Shown here piece by piece: positions 25,681 to 38,859 of a DNA stretch of 64,000 nt. Source of the DNA: Octopus sinensis (lineage: Eukaryota); contig NC_043002.1 in assembly GCF_006345805.1 (NCBI RefSeq), positions 29,202,001 to 29,266,000 on the forward strand. Direction: 5' to 3'. Position 1 is the stretch's first letter. Every line of letters starts with the position of its first letter. The position numbers were made by a program, and so were the translations under genes. The notes under the pieces were generated by a model. It was not told the DNA's origin and made no database searches. It worked only from the letters and a program-made list of their open reading frames with translations.

Positions 25681-25827
25681 TATATTTTAATGTATATATA
25701 TATACTTTCTTGTATTTATGTTTATACATATATGTATAAAGCATATTTATTGGTGTCTGATAGTGTGACTATATATATTTAAACACACGTGCATGTACAT
25801 ATATATATATAGATATATATGCCTGTT

Positions 25828-25865
<38 letters not shown>

Positions 25866-27324
25866 GGGTGAATGTGTGCGTTTGTGCGTGTGTGTGCATA
25901 CATCTGTGTGCGTGCGCGCGTGTGTACGCGTGAATATATAATTATATATACACATGCACACACACACATATTGTATATATAACTATACACACACACTCTC
26001 TCCCTCTCTCTCTCTCTCAACTCTCCTATGTCCTCTCTTTTATGTGTTTGTCCATGCGTATAGAATGCCACATAACCCAAATATATACGTACTGATATAA
26101 GTTTATAAATATTTTTCGTGTGAAACTAATAATCATTCTCTTCCTTACACCCTGAACAGTCACCATAAACAATGGTATTTTTCAGTTATCAGATTAAAGT
26201 CCACCTAACGGATATGTTTCGAATCCTGCGATCGGTCTGTGAAAGATAACTTTTCGTAGTTCAGTGTGATTATGTGCTTAGATAGGCAATTGCTGTCAGC
26301 TAGAACTGTGAAACAGGGTCGCAGTATATGCATAGATGGAGTGTGCCATCACAAATCATGTCATACAAATAGAAAATCGAAGGGTTCAAGATTGCAATCG
26401 ATACTTGTATTAACCAGATCAAGTCGATGATCTAGCAACGGGGTGCCTGGGAAACAATCTTTATGATGGGATGTGGTTTCTACTGCTATATAGCATATCC
26501 TTATTATAATCACTGGGTCAGGTTTGCTTAGTATCTTCAGGTGGATAACATCTAAGAAATCAAATTGTTTCTGAAAAGGATTTCGACGAAACTGTTCCTG
26601 AAATAAAGACCAGGGTAGCTAATACCGATTCCGCTTCTCTGAACGTTGTAAATTGTCATAGAAGACAGATTTTGATGTTTCTTCTTCGTCTCCATATCTG
26701 TCACTTATTACCAACTTTTTCTTTCTATTTTTCGTCTTCTTTGAAGACAAACTTTTTTAATGTTATTTTATTTTCAAGGTTTTTGGCTATTTGTATCAAT
26801 TTTCGTTGGTTCTGACTTAGATATTTCTATAGTCCTAAGGTGGATAATTTATAGTAGGTTTGTACCACCTTCAATTCCATATGAATACAACTTTTCCATA
26901 TCAGATTTTGGGTAGTGTATTCTAAATTCTTTTTTCATTTTACTTGCTTTCCTGTCTAGTTTGGCTTTTTTTTTTAGCGTTAAGAATATTGTAACTGTAA
27001 CTTATAACTGGGACTGCTAGCGTATTGATACATAAGATAGTAGGAGTTGGAGCCTGGAAGAAATTGGGTAACTTTTAAGAAAAGTAATAAAAGAAAGAAG
27101 CAAAAATGTACGAGACCAGACGATAAGCATGCCGGAAGACAGCCGTCTTCCACAGAGAGAAACCACATCATCCTGGAGCCTCTGAGTTTAATAATAATTT
27201 GGAGGAGCTACTAAAGAATCTAGAGAAATATAGGCGCTTCAACATACGAGGAAACCTAATAGAAATGCAGTTAGCATCATTGCATATTTGAAATAATTTG
27301 ATTATGTAATTATGTACTTGACCA

Positions 27325-27745
27325 GTTCTACCGCCACTGCTTGCGACGAATCATGGTAATTTCCTGGGAGGACAGAGTCTCCAACACTGTGGTGCTTCGC
27401 AAAACCGAAATGCCCGGGATCGAAACCCTCATCATGAAGGCCCAGCTCCAGTAGGTCGGACATGTAGTCCGATTGGACGACGCGCGTCTACCAAAGATGA
27501 TCTTCTCTGAGCTGGCGTCTGGAGCAAGAAACCCTGGAAGGTCACTGAGGCGATGCAAGGACAGCCTAAAGACTTCCCTTGAGGCCTGCGGCATTTCAGC
27601 TCGTGGTTGAGAATCACTTGTCTCTGACCGCGGCGCCTGGCGTCCAGCTGTCCAAAAGGGTGTTAGGCTGTTCGAGGAAAAGCTCCCACCTTCGGCGTCC
27701 CAGACATCATTGTCGAACCCCGACAGACTTCCATTATTATTATTA
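27325..27745 (+). mobile_element. RTE-clade LINE 3' fragment with (ATT)n tail
   Basis: Translates to FYRHCLRRIMVISWEDRVSNTVVL...QLQ*VGHVVRLDDARLPKMIF...CKDSLK...DRGAWRPAVQKGVRLFEEK, then a short UTR and attattattatt. Confidence 0.88.
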
Positions 27746-28904
27746 TGTAATCAACTTTAGTAGTCATGCACAGAAGTGCTATTGGAACAAACCAGCTAAC
27801 TACAACATTATCGGTCCAGTCGAAAAGAATGGACCATGACAATAATTCGTGGTGCGTTCAATGAAGGTGATATCAAAATGTTTCACTAAACATCAAGAGA
27901 GCAAATTACAAAAATCCCAACTAAACCTGCAACAACATACTACAAAACAAGAAAACCTGCAATCACCAGGAGAAAATTAAAATATAATAATAATATAGAT
28001 AACGGGAAGAGTAGAATGAGGTGAAAACTCCTTGTTGCTAACATCACAATCACAACAACAACAACAATAAACAACAGTAGGAACAGTCCTTGATACAAAA
28101 ATGAGTAGAACTAAAAATCAAAATCAATGAAAAAAATCAAACTAGAAATTAGAACAAAACATGAACATCATCAAAAATAACATTATAACTTCTCCTCACT
28201 AGTACGAAAAATCAACAATGCGATGGTTATATAGAATTAAAAAAAAAAGAAAGTTAAAACTATGCAGATGGAGGGAGGGAGGGCAACTTTAAGGAGCTCG
28301 TCCAAAAGACGCCGAGCGAAAATCTTCAGGCACAAACATCATTAGGAGATTTCTGGAATCTAAGGAAAAAATTCCCATCTGGTGTGTAAAATTACATGAG
28401 CAAAAAAAATACGAAAAAGACAAAATACTTCTCAAAGACACCACTTCACCGTAAGAAAACCAGATTTCTTATTCTTCGAGATCAAGGTAAGTAACTCTCT
28501 CATATTTTCTTCTGTCAACATGGCCATGATAAGAAACGGTTGTAAAAATATATGTGGGTATGAGTTAGCCTGGAAGGAAAGTATTTCCCAGGCGAAAGGA
28601 AATTTAACCTGGTATTTAATTTATTTTTAGGGACTATCAATTTCCTCAACACAATTATTAATATTCGATGCGAAGGAATGCGTATAGAAAAACTTTCTCT
28701 GTTGTATGATTTGTTTTTATTACAATTAATTCTCACACTTACCAGTTTTAACAGGTGCTGTTACAATATATTTGACAGATCGGAATTTTGACAAGAGTTA
28801 ATTATTTTTATTTTTATATAAAAAAAAACGGGCTTGAAATCCAATAGCTGGAAGTATACATTTTAATTTTACCTGGGTTTAGGAAGTAAACCGCCTCCAT
28901 ATTA

Positions 28905-29151
28905 AATTTTACTTTCTACTTGCTTCAATCATTAGACTGCGGTCATGCTGGAGCTCCACCTTGAAAGATTTGAAGGATTCGTAGTTGAATGAAACGACCG
29001 CACTGCATATTCTTGTTTTTTTTTTATAATTATTTTCTAATAAGCCTGGTATTTATATTATCGGGTTCTTTTACCGAACCGCAGAGTTACAGAGACGTAA
29101 ACACACCGACATCGGTTGTCAAGCGAAGGTGGCGACAAGTACAGAAACACA

Positions 29152-29204
<53 letters not shown>

Positions 29205-29342
29205 CAATAGGCTTCTTTCAGTTTCCGTCTTCCAAATCCACTCACAAGGCTTTTATCGCCTTGCCCAAGATGTCACGCAGTGGTACTGAACTTGGAAATG
29301 GGATTGGGGCGCAAGCATCTTACCACACAGGCACATCTGCCC
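28905..29342 (-). mobile_element. SINE family B
   Basis: Reverse complement match to 5159-5530 with an internal (CA)n/(TA)n tract. Confidence 0.8.
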
Positions 29343-29760
29343 CTATGTGTGTGTGCGAGTGTGCGTGTGTGGCTGTGTGTGCATGTGTTTTCTCTCCGCT
29401 CTGCTTTTTTCTTTCGCCTTCTCCCGTCCTTATATTACTTAATACTTCTTAATTACTTCCTATCACTTTTACCTATTTCTTCTTTCCCTCTATATATTTC
29501 CACGTGTTCCTCCTCGTCTCACATTCTACTTAAACCGTCTCTTTTAATTCTGTATCTATATATAAGTGCTTTTTTCTGTAACAATATTTTAAACATTCGA
29601 AATATTAAAAACTATAATTTAAGAGGTTTAATCGGAGAATTTCAGGATTTATAAGATTTGTTACGATCAGATACCTAAAACTTGTCAGTGGATCATTTGG
29701 ACGAACCAAACATGTAGGTTCCCATTGGCTTTTCTAATTGTTGACACTACTAGTCTGTCG

Positions 29761-30172
29761 GCGAGTTGGCAGAAACGTTAGCACGCCTGGCGAAATGCTT
29801 AGCGGTATTTCGTCTGCCGCTACGTTCTGAGTTCAAATTCCGCCGAGGTCGACTTTGCCTTTCATCCTTTCGGGGTCGATTAAATAAGTACCAGTTACGC
29901 ACTGGAGTCGATATAATCGACTTAATCCGTTTGTCTGTCCTTGTTTGTCCCCTCTATGTTTAGCCCCTTGTGGGTAGTAAAGAAATAGGTATTTCGTCTG
30001 CCGCTACGTTCTGAGTTCAAATTCCGCCGGGGTCGACTTAGCCTTTCATCCTTTCGGGGTCGATTAAATAAGTACCAGTTACGCACTGGGGTCGATATAA
30101 TCGACGTAATCCGTTTGTCTGTCCTTGTTGGTCTTCTCTGTGTTTAGCTCCTTGTGGGTAGTAAAGAAATAT
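29761..30172 (+). mobile_element. SINE family A, full plus 5'-truncated tandem copy with 15-bp TSD
   Basis: Junction aagaaata|ggtatttcgtctgccg at ~29988. TSD actactagtctgtcg at 29746-29760 and 30175-30189. Confidence 0.92.
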
Positions 30173-30425
30173 ATACTACTAGTCTGTCGCAGCGGGCGAC
30201 AGAAAGTTTGTGATTAGAAATCAGAACGCGCACAGATTGAACAGATATTTTAAGGTTTCCTCATCGTATCTTCTCACGATTCTGCCAAATCATCGTCCTG
30301 CAATGGTACTAGCAAAACTTGGATAATTGATACCAACCCATGTGACTGACAGATATAGTTTATAGATGTGACTGTGTGTGTTAGTATATATATATATATA
30401 GATGTAAATATAGATATATATAATC

Positions 30426-30860
30426 TTACTCTTTACTCTTTTACTTGTTTCAGTCATTTTACTGTGGCCATGCTGGAGCACCACCTTTAGTCGAGCAAAT
30501 CGAACCGAGGACTTATTCTTTGTAAGCCTAGTACTTATTCTATCAGTCACTTTTGCCGAACCGTTAAGTTAAGGGGACGTAAACACACCAGCATCGGTTG
30601 TCAAGCGATGTTGGGGGAACAAACACATACACACAGATACATACATATAAAGATAGATATAACGGGAAGGTTTACGAAAATAAACAAAAGACGAAGGCAG
30701 GTGGAGTACAAACAAACAATTGTAATAGTATGGCGCTCAGGAATAGAAATAAAACAAGTCTTTTACGTTTCGAGCCTACGCTCTTCGACAGAAAGATACA
30801 CAGAAAAGAAACAAGGAGAGAAAAAATGCGTATAGGAGCTAACGATCCAACATGGCGTTC

Positions 30861-30919
<59 letters not shown>

Positions 30920-31110
30920 TATATATATATATATTATATATATATAATATACGATGCGTTTTTTAATTTTTCGTCTACCAAATCCACTTACAAGGCTTCG
31001 GTCGACCCGAGGCTCTAGTAGTAGACACTTGCCCAAGGTGCCACGCAGTGGGACTTAACCCGGAACCATGTGGTTTGTAACCAGGATACTTACCACACAC
31101 CCACTCCTAC
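30426..31110 (-). mobile_element. SINE family B interrupted by a family C unit
   Basis: 3' half at 30426-30640 and 5' half at 30950-31110. Confidence 0.85.
30660..30862 (-). mobile_element. Hammerhead-bearing ~200-bp unit (family C)
   Basis: Minus strand 30796-30759 reads UCUUU-CUGUCGA-AGAGC-guag-GCUC-GAAAC-GUA-AAAGA: 5-bp stem I, 4-bp stem II, ACGU palindrome as stem III. Confidence 0.85.
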
Positions 31111-31143
31111 GCAACAGCGATACTGACACGCACGCACACACAT

Positions 31144-31184
<41 letters not shown>

Positions 31185-31699
31185 TATTCGAGGCAAGTGC
31201 TAAATCATGGTCATAACATGGTTTTCTCTCTCTATATCATTCAGAGTAAAAACCAGTATAACTTGAGCACAACTATGGATTTAAAATATAAAGTGGTGGT
31301 GGACTTTAACATCAGACCCTGTCACAGGAACATGCGGAGTTCTGTACTAATGGAAACAATATTGTTAGCCTGGTGTACTAACAGAACGTATAAAGTATTT
31401 TTGCCCCGCTTTATAATCCCTTACTAATAACTCTATTATGTGTGTGTTTGTGTGTGTATGTGTATGTTTGTGTATGTCTATGTTTGTGTGTGTACACATA
31501 AACATATGCATATGGTTTCAATCAGACACACGAAGAACTTTATGCAGTTACCTTTAAACATATTAAACTCCATATAAATACTTAGAATAAACCTCGAGTC
31601 TAAATAAATATTGAAGTGGCCGCTTTACTAACCTCAAACTTTGTATGTACATTATGATATGTATGCGTATGTGTGCATGTGTGTGTGTGTGTGTGTGTG

Positions 31700-31754
<55 letters not shown>

Positions 31755-32026
31755 AGTAAGCGTTTAGGGCGTGTTTGTCGTATTGCGTGTTGACGAAAAG
31801 CAGAAGCTGTTTATATTATTATTTGTTTGGAAATATTTCGTTTGAAATAAACCCAGAATCTCTTTCGCTGTCTGACTGCATATAGACATCCACTGGTCGA
31901 GATTTACAACCTCACTCGCTCTCTCTGTATATTTCTGTATTTGTCTGACTATCTGTCTGTTGTTTCTCATAGTCCCCCCACACACACACAAACACACACA
32001 CAGACACACACACAGACACACACACA

Positions 32027-32084
<58 letters not shown>

Positions 32085-33139
32085 AGAGCAAGCACAGCCA
32101 TACTCACATAAATTGTGTGCAGGTTCGGCTCATTTAAGTGAGCCAAAACAGAATTACCATTGTAAATTAATCACCAAAATAACACCAGTTATTTCATTCT
32201 GTATATGTTTAGTTTTGCCTTCTTAATTACTAGATTAAGATAGAAATACGATATATAGTTGGCTAGCAGCTAATATAGTATTTGTAACACACCATAGCTA
32301 AAAGTAATGTTATCTGAGGGCAAACACTGCAGTAAGTGGCGTATCAACAGGGTGTGTACCTTACATATAATACGTAGTATTGACCCAATTGCGTCTACTG
32401 GATTTTTAATCAGCTCGGCGGCTTTTTGCAAAATCAGTTGATGCTTTATTGAATTTGTCCTGTAACAGGGACAACGAATTCTCGTAAGAACCTGCTGCAG
32501 TTTGTCTAGGCGCCATTGTATACATCCAGAAGCATGAAATACAGCAGGCGTTCACATAGGCCGCTGCTGAGAGGTTTTTTCGTCTTTTTCTAATTTGTAT
32601 TGTTTCTTTAGCACAGTAAGTCCATAACTGGTCTATCGACACCTACAATTACTATGATACACAGATGGCTATATATGTGTGTGTGTGAACTTCATTAGAT
32701 AATCGCTTATATCTTTGTCATCGACTAACGCTTCGTTCAAAAGCGTAGGTACATTGAGATCTACACCAGGTTCTTATTGCAATGCCCAAGCGAAATGTTA
32801 AAAGACAAACATGCACACACGCGCGCGCACACACGCACACACGCACATACATCGATACATACATATATATATGTGAGGTGTGTACGTTGTGTGTGTGTAC
32901 GTGTTTGTCTGTGTGTGCCTGTGTTTGTGTGTGTACACGTTTGTCTGTGTGCGCCTCTGTGTGTGTGTATGTGTTGAACAAATAATATCAAGATATATGC
33001 AGAAGCAATGAGGAATATATGTAACTAATTAAATATATATGTATATATATATATGTGTGTGTATATATATATGTGTTTGTGTGTGTGTGTAAATATGTAT
33101 ATGTATGTATGTATGCATGCATGTATGCATGAATACACA

Positions 33140-33710
33140 GGCCGTGAAAAGTGGAGTAGTGTAAAGAAATATTCGTCGCATTTATATTACTTCTAGGAAT
33201 TGAATGTTATGATGTATCATTGGACCCAGGAGCATCAGACGAGACATAAATCATATCCAAATTTGAACCAAGGAAGTATAGTGTCTTGTCTAAATAGACG
33301 GGACTGAATTTAGTCCATTGTCGACTCTTCTGACAATAATAACCATCAAAGAGATAACTAGTCGTTGAGATATGGGAAAATAGAAGGCATTTGAAAATAT
33401 CACAGACAGGACAAAACAAATGAAGAATTGCTAAGAATAGTAAAAACTAAGAGAGTATTTAATTAGATGCTATCGAAGAGAGAATGCTAAAATATTTTGG
33501 ACATCTAATTAGAGGAAATGGTTTGCAGAGGTTGTTAACAGAAGGCTAAAGGAATTTAATAAAAGGAAGGGAGAAACGAAGAATTAAATGGATGGATAAT
33601 ATCAGGAATTGAACAGACTCAGAATAATAGAAAATGTATAAGGACAGAACACGAAAAATTAAGATGGAGTATTTAACTGGCTGAGAGCAGACGATAGACA
33701 TTGATGATGA

Positions 33711-33753
<43 letters not shown>
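33140..33753 (+). mobile_element. Degraded RTE-clade LINE 3' fragment with (TGA)n tail
   Basis: TNEELLRIV...MLKYFGHLIRGNGLQRLLTEG...KRRIKWMDNIR, followed by (GAT)n from 33701. Confidence 0.75.
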
Positions 33754-33754
<1 letters not shown>

Positions 33755-35462
33755 GCGGTGGTGTTGGTGGTGGCTGTGGTTGTGCTGATGGTGGTTGTGA
33801 TGGTGGTGATGATGTTAGTTATGGTAGTTATGGTTGTGGTGGTGTTGATGAAGCTCATGATGATTGTGATGATAATGCTGATGCTGATGGCGATGACGTT
33901 GATGACGATGGTAAAGGCGATGATGATGATGATTAAAAGTAATCATAGCTAGAGTAAGTGTTCCCTGGACCTAAGTGAAAATTACAAAGCTACTGTCGCC
34001 ACCACATTCAAAACTACTTCTCTGGAACGGAAATAAAGAGAAATTATTCTTCCTTGATTATCTACCTGTTCGGTATAGCAGCCAAATGTTCCTTCAAATC
34101 ACATCTTTCTGAAAACATAGACTACATTGTATTCCTGAATACACTGTTTCTGAATAAAAAGATTGTATGGACACGGTCGAAACGATATTGTTTATAGACG
34201 AGCTGTGATGAAATAGCAATAAATAAAGGGTGCGGGCAACCTATTTAGAGATGCAGGTGGCATCTCACATAGCTCATTATCAGACAAGCTACACTACTAA
34301 AAGAATTTTGCATTAGGTATACTTTTCTGAAGATCTTGCGGGTCGCAGTTAGCCCATGACTGCAATTCCATAAATAACACCATCACCAACACCACAACCA
34401 CTAACAACACTATAACCGCAACTCCCACCATCACAACTTCCTCATGACCTCCACCTCATCACCATTACCACACCAACGTCAGCCCCACTCTAACAAACCC
34501 ACCAACTCCACCCCTACAGCGCTTCATCCACCATCACCACCATATCGCCCTCATTTCCAACCGTGACCCTCCCATCCTTTTCGTCATAAACTGTGTATAA
34601 AACTACGTTATCCAACGTTCTTTCTCTATTTTTAGGTAGAAAGTATTTTCAATGACATTTGACTGTTATTTCTATCAGGTAGACGATCAAATATGTAGAG
34701 GCCGCCACCTTATTGCGCCCCATATCATCAGCACAACTCAACAACAACCACTCTAATCATGCCATTCCTAGCAGAGCACCGCCTCATCCCTCTACACAAT
34801 TATATGGTACCCCACACCAACGCCACCTTTACAGGTACCCACAACCACCACCCATAGTCATCCCATACTCACTGCAATCACCTTTTCCACTGCAGCTAAC
34901 TCCACATATTGTCACCATCGCAGCCGAAACCACCATTCCAGTCACCCCACCCACGGCAATTATCACTACCTCCACCATAACCTCAACAGCCACCCTTAAC
35001 CCTATAGCAACCTACACCCTACTATTTCATCCATTACAATCACACAACCACCAGTTCAAGTATCCCACACCCACTACATCCACAACAATCATTACAATTT
35101 CGTTGCTTTCTTGGCTAATGTCTCATGGTTCACTGACAGACTGTCAACAACTATAAGGGTCTCCTGTATTGAAATGAAACACTCAAAACATGTTAAGTTG
35201 TCAGATGCGGTGGTCAGTTGAGAGATGATGATAGACAGCTCTGAACGGCTTGTCTTCGGCCCTATATGAGTGTATGTGTGTGTGTGTGTGTGTGGTGTGT
35301 GTGTAAGTATTGGTGAAGGTGTGTGTGTGTGTATGTATGTATGTATGTATGTATGTATGTATGTATGTATGTATGTATGTATGTTTTGCGTTCTTGTCCC
35401 ATTTTGTATTTTATATATGTATATATATATAGCGACATAGCGACGTACGTACACTTTGTTCT

Positions 35463-35494
<32 letters not shown>

Positions 35495-35560
35495 TGTATG
35501 CATGTATGTATGTATGTATGTATGTATGTATGTATGTATGTGTGTATGTATGTATGTATG

Positions 35561-35594
<34 letters not shown>

Positions 35595-35700
35595 CGCACT
35601 TTGTGAAGTCAATGCAGCTGTTTCGGTGGTGAAATTTTGTATAAATATAACTAAACTTGCATACATAAATACATTTACATGTGCATACACAACATATATA

Positions 35701-35880
35701 TTCTTTTACTTGTTTCAGTAATTACACTGCGGCCATGCTGGGGCACCACCTTGAGGAATTGACTCCCTGTACTAATTGTTTAAGCCTGGTACTTACTCTG
35801 TCGCAATATTTTGGCCACATCGCTAGCTTGCTGGGAAATAAACACAACACCAGTTGTCAAGCGATATTGGGACACAAACT
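35701..35880 (-). mobile_element. SINE family B 3' half
   Basis: ttcttttacttgtttcagt...gcggccatgctggggcaccacc. The matching 5' half lies at ~38860-39000, beyond the LINE. Confidence 0.75.
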
Positions 35881-35975
35881 CTCTCTCTCTCTCTCTCGCT
35901 CACACACATACATATATATATACAAACACACACAGATATATATATATATATTGATTATATATATATATATATTGA

Positions 35976-36012
<37 letters not shown>

Positions 36013-36070
36013 CATACATACATACATACATACATACATGCATACATACATACATACATACATACATACA

Positions 36071-36105
<35 letters not shown>

Positions 36106-38150
36106 CTTCCTTTATCCTTTATGGGTTTCAGCCTAGGGTTGAGTTCATGCTGGTGCACCATCTGTAGTTGCTAGGTTTTGTTTCCGATATTGTTTTGGGT
36201 GAAGTAGCCCTTCTGTGCGTCTCTTGCAGCCCAGGTTTCTCTTTCTTCTCTTTCGTTTTCATGGGAGATTTTCAATTTGTTTTCTATCTCGAATAGTTAC
36301 TCTGTCGGGTGAGATTTCACACTGTCATTAAGGTGTTTGTTTAAACGATTCCAGATCTTTATTCTCCTCCGCATGAGTATTTTCCTGTCTTGGGGAATAA
36401 AGCTTTTGTGTGTATTGGCCCCCATCTCTGGGACATACTTAATGCATATAGCTTGCATTATTGACATGAATTTATTGAGTTTCATATCTATGTCTTGCAT
36501 AGAGAGGCTTTTAGACCAGTCCAGCTGGAGTATCTGTTTTTCAAGTGACTTCCGTCAGCTTTATAGAATTTAAGCTGGATAGAGTTTGAGCGTCATGTGT
36601 GAGGAGTTTATCTTTAGTTAATTCCGGGTCATAAATTGTCAGTTCCATCATGTTATGGTCTGAGAATATTGTCGGTGATATATTTACGCTGTGGATACTT
36701 TCCACATTGTTTGTAAAACAGAGGTCCAGGATATTTTTGTGTCTGGCTGGTCAGAGTATGATCTGCTCCATGAAGAGCATTTTCATAAGATCAAGTTGAG
36801 ATTCTGCTTGATGTCGCACTTTGCGCATCGTTCCTGGGGTTATTTTGCTCTTGAGCCACCTGATGTTGGGGAAAATGAAGTCACCCATCAGGAATATAGT
36901 AGTAAGTTGATTCAATTGTGTTAGTACTTCCGTTATCTCGCTGTGGCTTTCTTCAAATTTTCCATCTTGATTTGAGGCATCAGGTAGGCGATATAGTGTG
37001 TATATCACTATATCAAGTTGCTTTAGATGTACTATGAGTGTGTCACACACCGAGTTCAAGTTCGATAACAGGGTTGATGGTGTGGACATCTTCATGAATG
37101 CACATTGCAACTGCACCATGACTTCTTTTTCTTCTGTCTGTACGGATGATAGCATACATAGGTATGTGTATCTCCACATCACGTATGTCTGCAGATAGAT
37201 GTGTTTCTGTAAGTGCAATGCATATAGCTTGATTACATGCAGAAAGATTCTTCAGGTGCTAAATTTTGCATTTGCTGTTGTTATGCAGTAGGCCTCTTAA
37301 TATTCATCACTAGAAATGATATTGGTGTTGGTGTGTTTGGGTTGTTTGGTGGCAGTGGTGACCAACCGGGATCCATCAATTGTGGCGGTCTTGTGTGCGA
37401 GGGTACAGAGCTCAGCTTTGTTTGTAGCCATGACAACTGTTGCATTATTTCCTGTGCCACACTTGAAAGATGTTCTTGCTCAACTGCTGCACCTTGTACA
37501 GCTTCTGCATATGACTTCTGTCTGGCCTTCTTTTCTGCAAGTTTGTGCTGGGATATAGATTTTTCTAAGTGTGGTTGTTTCCTTCGTTTCGTGAATGGGG
37601 AATTTTGCTCCAGCGCTGGGTGTGCAAAGCGGTAGTTTGTCGCACTCTCTCCATGCCAGGAGACATCGCTTTTGTGAAAATTGCAGATAGAACTTTTTCT
37701 CTGATTTAGGTTTTTATTTTAGAACCATTTTCAATTGGCTTTCGTCTGGTGTCTTCTTTTCCTACTTATACATTACTTCTTTGGGAGGTGTTGGGACTGT
37801 GGTTGTTCGCACTTTTCTCGTTTCCTTCTTTATTGAACTGTTAAACTTTGATATCGATGTTTCTACTGATTACTGTGTGAGGCTTCTCAAAGCCAGTGTC
37901 CTTTTTATCGCCACTTTTAAAAATGATGTCCAGTTTCTCCAGATGTGGCCGTATGAGTACATGAGAACTCATTCTTCTTCCGCTCTATTTGTGTCACTGA
38001 TCTGGAGAAAACATTGCTCTTCAGGGCAGGTGTAATGAGATTATTTGGTGAATCGCCTTCTGCGATTTCCCAGGCACGTAGGAATGATCCTATCTCTGTA
38101 GGTTTCCAATTTCTTGTCATCCTCCTTGTGGTGTATGGCTGTGGGTGTGT
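36106..38150 (-). mobile_element. CR1/L2-group LINE relic: ORF1 remnant, APE endonuclease and 3' tail; RT deleted
   Basis: Endonuclease motifs VIYTLYRLPD, IFLMGDFIFPNIRW, NILDLCFTN and FSDHNMMEL. After ...SHENEREERETWAA the sequence jumps to a tail gatggtgcaccagcatg...ggctgaaacccataaaggataaagg. Confidence 0.85.
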
Positions 38151-38819
38151 GTGCAGTGAGTTTTTTGTGCAAGTATGTAGAGAGCAGAGGTGTGATGGGA
38201 GAAAGCGCGGAGGGGAGTGAGAAGTTGGGTAGGTGAGGGGGAAACAAGCTGGGGGAGGGAAGAGACCAAAAGGGTGACGGGGGAGATGTGAGGGGACAGC
38301 CAGGAAAGTTGAGGCAGAGAGGAGATTGAGAGGGAAGCAGAGATGAGGGCAGGGTAGGAATGAAGGGGAGAGAATGAGCAGGTAACGTTGGGAGATTGGG
38401 TTGTAGGTGTGGGTGAATGGAAATAGGGGATGGGGAGTAAGGGTGAGTGAGGGAGAGAGAGATTAGACTATTTATAAATAAAAGCAAAGTTATGGAGAGA
38501 AAAAGAGTGAGAGGAAGAAAGGATATTTGGAGAATGTGAGAGGGATAGACTAGATACACAGAGAGGGAGAGAGAGAGAGGGAGGGACTGAGAGAGAGAGG
38601 AGTATGTATGGCTAGTGTTTGAGTGAGAAATTGATTAAATATATTTGTAAATAAGAGTAAAAGTGAGGGAGGGCAAGACAGAGAGAAAGAGACTAGATAT
38701 ACATTTTAGTAAAGAGAGAGAGGGGAGGAGAAGGATGTATCGCTAGGGTCTGAGTGAGATGTAAAAGTCTATACACACAGACACAGACACACAGACACAG
38801 ACACACACACACACACACA

Positions 38820-38851
<32 letters not shown>

Positions 38852-38859
38852 ACACATAT

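Noticed and set aside
26960-27310. Possible RLE-LINE 3' ends (GTASVL motif, taataa tail)
   Set aside because: Too short and degraded to support a call.
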